A stretch of 19,872 nt of DNA from a bacterium. Its GTDB lineage: Bacteria > Hydrothermota > 32-111. The stretch lies in assembly GCA_046484245.1 (NCBI GenBank), contig JAWOBN010000115.1:1-19872 (forward strand), read 5' to 3'. Positions 15,805 to 19,872 of this stretch are shown here, one piece after another. Every line of letters starts with the position of its first letter. The stretch's first letter is position 1. The notes beneath the pieces were generated by a model. That model made no database searches, was not told where the DNA came from, and worked only from the letters and a program-made list of their open reading frames with translations. The position numbers and the translations under genes are program-made.

Positions 15805-16506
15805 TTACATTCCTGGCACATTCTCAGGTACATCCTCAAGTGTCTCAGGCAGAATCATCTGCTCCAGACCGTAGCCGTAAACCTTATATGACTGTCTGTC
15901 TTTTGAGAATTTAATATATACCATACCCTGTTTTTCCGGGTCAAATTCCGGTGTTTCATAACCGCCTTCAATAGCTTTTGTGCCGGGGTTCAGGGGGTTC
16001 TGAATATTACCGGGAAGGTTTTCCGTGACCTTATCCATTGAATTGGGATAATAATTATTCTCACTGTATATCTGTTCCATCACGGATTGGACTGTGTACA
16101 TGTTCATCTGCACCAGTGCCAGTTTCTGCCTCTTCAATGCATCCTCAATTGCTGCACCCCACTCTTCATCATTGCCCTCAAATCTCATGTATGATGATGT
16201 ATTGCCCATCAGATTGATCTCAAACTTATCCTCTGCAGGATAGAATGAAAATTCCACTGCACCCATGGGGGAGCTGAGCTCACCCTTCTGTTCACCGTCT
16301 TTGAATTTACCGTAAGTAATCTCAAGTTTCGTGCCCAGTATATTAGCTGAATCTGTGGGCTCTATCTCAATGGGAACATCCGATACAGAGCTTTCCGGAT
16401 CAGAGACCCATCTGCCTATCATCTGCTCTTTGGGGTCCTCGCTGCATGATACAAGCATAAGCAAAACTGCAAATAAACTAATCACTACAATCAAATTTCT
16501 CTTCAT
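15805..16506 (-). CDS. Putative lipoprotein with a pilin/pseudopilin-like C-terminal region, 233 aa
   Basis: MKRN plus hydrophobic stretch plus LVSC lipobox. C-terminal VQMNMYTVQSVMEQIYSENNYYP...NP resembles a pilin alpha1-C helix. Confidence 0.65.
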   Translation of the reverse strand: MKRNLIVVISLFAVLLMLVSCSEDPKEQMIGRWVSDPESSVSDVPIEIEPTDSANILGTKLEITYGKFKDGEQKGELSSPMGAVEFSFYPAEDKFEINLMGNTSSYMRFEGNDEEWGAAIEDALKRQKLALVQMNMYTVQSVMEQIYSENNYYPNSMDKVTENLPGNIQNPLNPGTKAIEGGYETPEFDPEKQGMVYIKFSKDRQSYKVYGYGLEQMILPETLEDVPENVPGM

Positions 16507-16538
16507 TAGATTCCTCCTGTATTATTTCAATTTGTAAT

Positions 16539-16604
16539 ATTATATTGAATTTGGGACAAATGTCAAATCATTTTTCTTGATTATTCTTCCTGAGGTTATA
16601 TAAT
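16539..16604. promoter_or_regulatory. Back-to-back sigma70 promoters for the two divergent lipoproteins
   Basis: Minus: TTGACA (16566-16561), 16 bp, TATAAT (16544-16539). Plus: TTGATT (16577-16582), 16 bp, TATAAT (16599-16604). Confidence 0.55.
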
Positions 16605-16635
16605 ATTGATATAATCATTTAGAAAAGGAGTGATA

Positions 16636-17322
16636 ATGAAAAGATTAATCTTTATTATTTTACTAATCATCTTGGCTGCATCATGCACATTGCTCAATAC
16701 AGAGACAGATGTAAGCGGTCTGTATATCTATACAGGTGCCTTTGTATCACAAAAAGTATTCACGGATACAACAATGACAGAAGACACAACATACAGTGCA
16801 GGAGCTATTATGCTCACATGGGAGACAGTACAGGATATCACGGGCGATCATATTGTTATTGAAAAATCCATTGGCAATACTGACAATTATGCCCCCATTG
16901 ATTCTGTGCAGGTGAAGAGAAGCGGAAGTTATTCTGATTCTATTCTCTCAGGCAACACCTATTACTATAAACTGATGCTCAATAAAGAAGGTGACAGAAA
17001 ACTGATGAATGAGTATGAAATTGAAATTCCAAAACTTACATTCTATGAACCGACAATAATGGACACCACTATTGAACCTACAAATATCAATATTGTTTAC
17101 AATGACATCAATCCCGGGGAGAATTATAAGGTGATACTGAGGGACACAAGCGGAACCAAACTCTGGGAGGAGACATTCTCAGACACAACAGCACTTTATG
17201 ACGGTGATTCACTTGACACAGGCATCTATGCGCTTGAAGTTTCTACAATACTGTCTGATGTTGTTTCAAATGAATCTGTTGTTTCAACAACAGGCATTAC
17301 ACAGTTTGCCATCTGGCCTTAA
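16636..17322 (+). CDS. Putative lipoprotein, beta-rich (Fn3/Ig-like), 228 aa
   Basis: MKR plus hydrophobic stretch plus AASC lipobox; LTW...IEKS...SYSD...TYYYKL pattern. ATG 16636 follows AAGGAG. Confidence 0.7.
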   Translation: MKRLIFIILLIILAASCTLLNTETDVSGLYIYTGAFVSQKVFTDTTMTEDTTYSAGAIMLTWETVQDITGDHIVIEKSIGNTDNYAPIDSVQVKRSGSYSDSILSGNTYYYKLMLNKEGDRKLMNEYEIEIPKLTFYEPTIMDTTIEPTNINIVYNDINPGENYKVILRDTSGTKLWEETFSDTTALYDGDSLDTGIYALEVSTILSDVVSNESVVSTTGITQFAIWP

Positions 17323-17334
17323 TCTGAGATTACG

Positions 17335-17360
17335 AGAGCAGCAGTAATTACTGCTGCTCT
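17335..17360. repeat. Perfect 26-bp palindrome at the thiC stop, probable terminator for the convergent pair
   Basis: AGAGCAGCAGTAATTACTGCTGCTCT is its own reverse complement. Confidence 0.8.
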
Positions 17361-18637
17361 TTCATTATCTCATTGAGGCGCTTTACTGCGCAGAACTCCC
17401 CGCACATTGTGCACACATCATCATCCCCAATCTCTGATTGTTTTCTGAATCTCTCTGCCTTACCGGGATCAACAGCATGCTTAATCTGACTGTCCCAGTC
17501 AAGATCATGCCGGGCAATTGACATTTCCCTGTTCTGCTTAACAGCATAATCCATACCCTTTGCAAGGTCAGCGGAAAATGCTGCAATCTTTGATGCTATG
17601 ACCCCTTCACGCACATCCCGGGGATCCGGGAGCCTGAGATGCTCTGCAGGTGTAACATAACACAGGAAATCAGCGCCGCTCATTGCAGCAACAGCTCCCC
17701 CTATTGCTCCGGCAATATGATCATATCCTGCTGATATGTCATTGACAAGCGGACCCAGCACATAGAAGGGGGCATTGTGGCATAATTCCTTTTCAATCTC
17801 CATATTGAGAGCGACTTTATTGAGGGGAACATGACCGGGGCCTTCAACAATCACCTGTACGCCTTTGTCCCAGGCTCTTTGGGTGAGTTCTCCCAGTGTA
17901 ATCAGTTCTTCAATCTGCGCCCTGTCTGTTGCATCATCGCATGCTCCGGGCCTCAGTCCGTCGCCCAGTGATATGGTCACATCATATTCTTTCAGTATAT
18001 CAAGTATTTCATCAAAATGCGTGTAGAGCAGTGATTCCTTGTTATTATGCTTCATCCATGCTGCAAGCATGGACCCGCCTCTTGACACTATATTGAGAAG
18101 CCGGCCTTCTTTTGCCATTTTCTCAAATGCATCACGCGTCACACCTGCATGAATTGTCATGAAATCCACTCCATCAACAGCCTGCTCCTCAACTGTCCGC
18201 AGGAAATCATCCAATTTCATATCAACAATATCCCTCTTTTCTACAGACATATTGAATCCTGTCTCATATATGGGAACAGTACCGAGCATTACGGGACAGT
18301 TCTTCAATATGGCTTTCCTGATCTGCTTGATCTTACTGCCCAGAGAAAGGTCCATGACAGAATGAGCACCTGCTTCAACTGCTGAGCGGAGCTTCTCCAA
18401 TTCCTCATCCGGATTCATATGATACGGGGAACTACCTATATTGGCATTGATCTTTGTTGAGAGACCCTTGCCCACTGCAAAATAATGTTCTTTGGCTCTT
18501 GTTTTATTATGAGGCAGGGCAATATTGCCTTCGGCAATGCCTTCTCTTATGAATTCCGCACTGACATTTTCCTCAGCAGCTGCTTTGTTCATTATCTCAG
18601 TAATATTGCCTTTTAATGCTTCAATTCTCTGTGTCAT
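17348..18637 (-). CDS. thiC: Phosphomethylpyrimidine synthase ThiC, 429 aa
   Basis: TKINANIG, MDLS, GTVPIY, GVDFMTIHAG, SRGGS, SLGDGLRPG, EGPGHVP, GYDHI, CYVTPAEHL, CTMCGEFC. A BzaF-type paralog is not formally excluded. Confidence 0.92.
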   Translation of the reverse strand: MTQRIEALKGNITEIMNKAAAEENVSAEFIREGIAEGNIALPHNKTRAKEHYFAVGKGLSTKINANIGSSPYHMNPDEELEKLRSAVEAGAHSVMDLSLGSKIKQIRKAILKNCPVMLGTVPIYETGFNMSVEKRDIVDMKLDDFLRTVEEQAVDGVDFMTIHAGVTRDAFEKMAKEGRLLNIVSRGGSMLAAWMKHNNKESLLYTHFDEILDILKEYDVTISLGDGLRPGACDDATDRAQIEELITLGELTQRAWDKGVQVIVEGPGHVPLNKVALNMEIEKELCHNAPFYVLGPLVNDISAGYDHIAGAIGGAVAAMSGADFLCYVTPAEHLRLPDPRDVREGVIASKIAAFSADLAKGMDYAVKQNREMSIARHDLDWDSQIKHAVDPGKAERFRKQSEIGDDDVCTMCGEFCAVKRLNEIMKEQQ

Positions 18638-18698
18638 GATATCTCCTGAATATATTATTTATTTCTTCTATTCTTTCTTCCGGTTCTTCAGAGCTTGC
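18621..18698 (-). pseudogene. 3' remnant of a gene overlapping the thiC start, possibly thiE
   Basis: Reads ASSEEPEERIEEINNIFRRYHDTEN*, overlapping thiC by 17 bp; resembles the last helix of thiamine-phosphate synthase. The frame is closed just upstream. Only 25 residues, so the identity is tentative. Confidence 0.35.
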
Positions 18699-19272
18699 AG
18701 ATCCCAGTCAGACAGATAGTCTAATTACAATATGGGCAAAACTTTATCGTAGAGAAATCATCGAAAAAGGGAACATAGAGTTTATTTCATTAAAGAAATT
18801 GGGTACAGCTGAAGATTTAATATTTAACCTACACTATTTAGAATATTCTGAAAGCGTATTTATTTTAAATGTACCATTATATCACTATAGAAAATATAAT
18901 CAGTCCTCTTTAACTAAGACTTATAAAGGTGAATTAATAAAAAATTGGAAGTGTTTATTTGCTGAAATATATAAGATTATTGAAGAGAAAGAGGAGTGTT
19001 ATAAATTGGCATATTATAATAGAATCTCCCTTAGTATAATTGGATTAGGTCTGAACGAGATGAATAATCCAAAAGGAATCATCTATAAATTTAAACGTTT
19101 GAAAAGCATATTAAAGGATGATCTATTTCGGGAATCTTATAGGAATTTGACATTTTGCTACTTTCCAATACAATGGAAGCTTTTCTTCCATTTTGCTAAA
19201 GCAAGGAATGTCATTGGTATGTATATTATGCTTCGATTGATCTTTTATATTCTAAGTTCAAAAAATCGTTAG
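18691..19272 (+). pseudogene. 5'-truncated family 2 glycosyltransferase (C-terminal part)
   Basis: The frame extends upstream of the track's start: ELADPSQTDSLITIWAKLYRREII...GTAEDLIFN...LYHYRKYNQSSLT. The N-terminal SIIVPVYN/DXD region and a proper start are absent; in-frame TGA at 18637. Confidence 0.75.
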
Positions 19273-19380
19273 AAGCATAATGCTTAAATCAATATGATCC
19301 GGGATCATGAACCTAGACACGGATTTATTAATTTCGTATTAAACAAATAAGTTGTACAATAGAATGAATTCATAGATTGG

Positions 19381-19872
19381 ATGGAAACAAATAAACAAAA
19401 AGTGCTAGCTAGAGTGGCCACAAATGCAATTACTTTGGATATATTATTGAAAGGACAATTAAGATACCTTAGTCAATACTATAAAGTACTTGCAATTGCT
19501 TCTGGTGAAGAAATATTGGATCTAATACGAAAAAGAGAAGGCGTTTCAACAATTCATGTCAAGATGAATAGAGAAATTAGATTAGTTAAGGATATAGGGT
19601 CATTAATTAGTCTGATTATCATTTTTTTTAAAAATCGTCCATATATTGTGCATGTTAATACGCCAAAGGCAAGTCTTCTTGCAATGATTGCAGCAAAAAT
19701 ATGTAAGGTGCCTCACAGATTATATACGGTTACCGGCTTAAGATTTGAGACAACTACCGGACTCCAGAGAACGCTTTTAATGTTTATGGAAAAGATTACT
19801 TGCTTTTGTGCAACAAAAGTGATTCCAGAAGGGGGCGGGGTTAAATTTACTCTACAAAAACATAGAATAACA
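19381..19872 (+). CDS. Family 4 glycosyltransferase (CapM-like), N-terminal part (runs off the window edge)
   Basis: Not in the ORF track; translated by hand: METNKQKVLARVAT...LLKGQLRYLS...MNREI...PYIVHVNTPKASLLAMIAA...VPHRLYTVTGLRFE...MEKITCFCATKVIPEG. Confidence 0.88.
   Translation, partial: METNKQKVLARVATNAITLDILLKGQLRYLSQYYKVLAIASGEEILDLIRKREGVSTIHVKMNREIRLVKDIGSLISLIIIFFKNRPYIVHVNTPKASLLAMIAAKICKVPHRLYTVTGLRFETTTGLQRTLLMFMEKITCFCATKVIPEGGGVKFTLQKHRIT

Noticed and set aside
497..18719. Short alternative-frame and antisense ORFs in the track (e.g. 497-706, 3768-4115, 5841-6314, 11783-12121, 14967-15572)
   Set aside because: They overlap well-supported genes and show no recognisable motifs; treated as shadow ORFs.
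18638..18800. TPP riboswitch upstream of thiC
   Set aside because: No CUGAGA or other conserved TPP aptamer elements seen; the region looks like coding remnants.
19294..19308. ATGATCC-G-GGATCAT dyad between the glycosyltransferase genes
   Set aside because: Short, no U-tract, single occurrence; cannot be assigned a role.

Overview
Bacterial window, probably from an anaerobe, made of two parts. Positions 1 to ~18690 hold: a partial lamin-tail-domain secreted protein; an AT-rich HUH/Y1 (RAYT-like) transposase with a C-terminal DnaA-domain-IV-like HTH, bracketed by 63-bp inverted repeats built from 33-bp tandem units; an M29 aminopeptidase; a minus-strand module (soluble histidine kinase, NtrC-type sigma54 activator, two enhancer-like dyads and a sigma54-like promoter, a small double Cys4-repeat protein, an intact glutamate dehydrogenase, and a full-length GDH paralog lacking key active-site lysines); hsp20; Rrf2-hcp-cupin; archease-rtcB; a SpoIIAA-like protein; a secreted endonuclease I-like nuclease; two lipoproteins; and thiC. 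At ~18690-18699 the sequence switches abruptly. A probable thiE 3' remnant on the minus strand is fused to a 5'-truncated GT2 gene on the plus strand, followed by a GT4 gene, in AT-richer DNA; this is likely a chimeric or rearrangement junction. The best candidates for new biology are the sigma54-controlled GDH/pseudo-GDH/Cys-rich protein module and the repeat-flanked RAYT-HTH element. All family calls come from motif recognition by eye; no searches were run.
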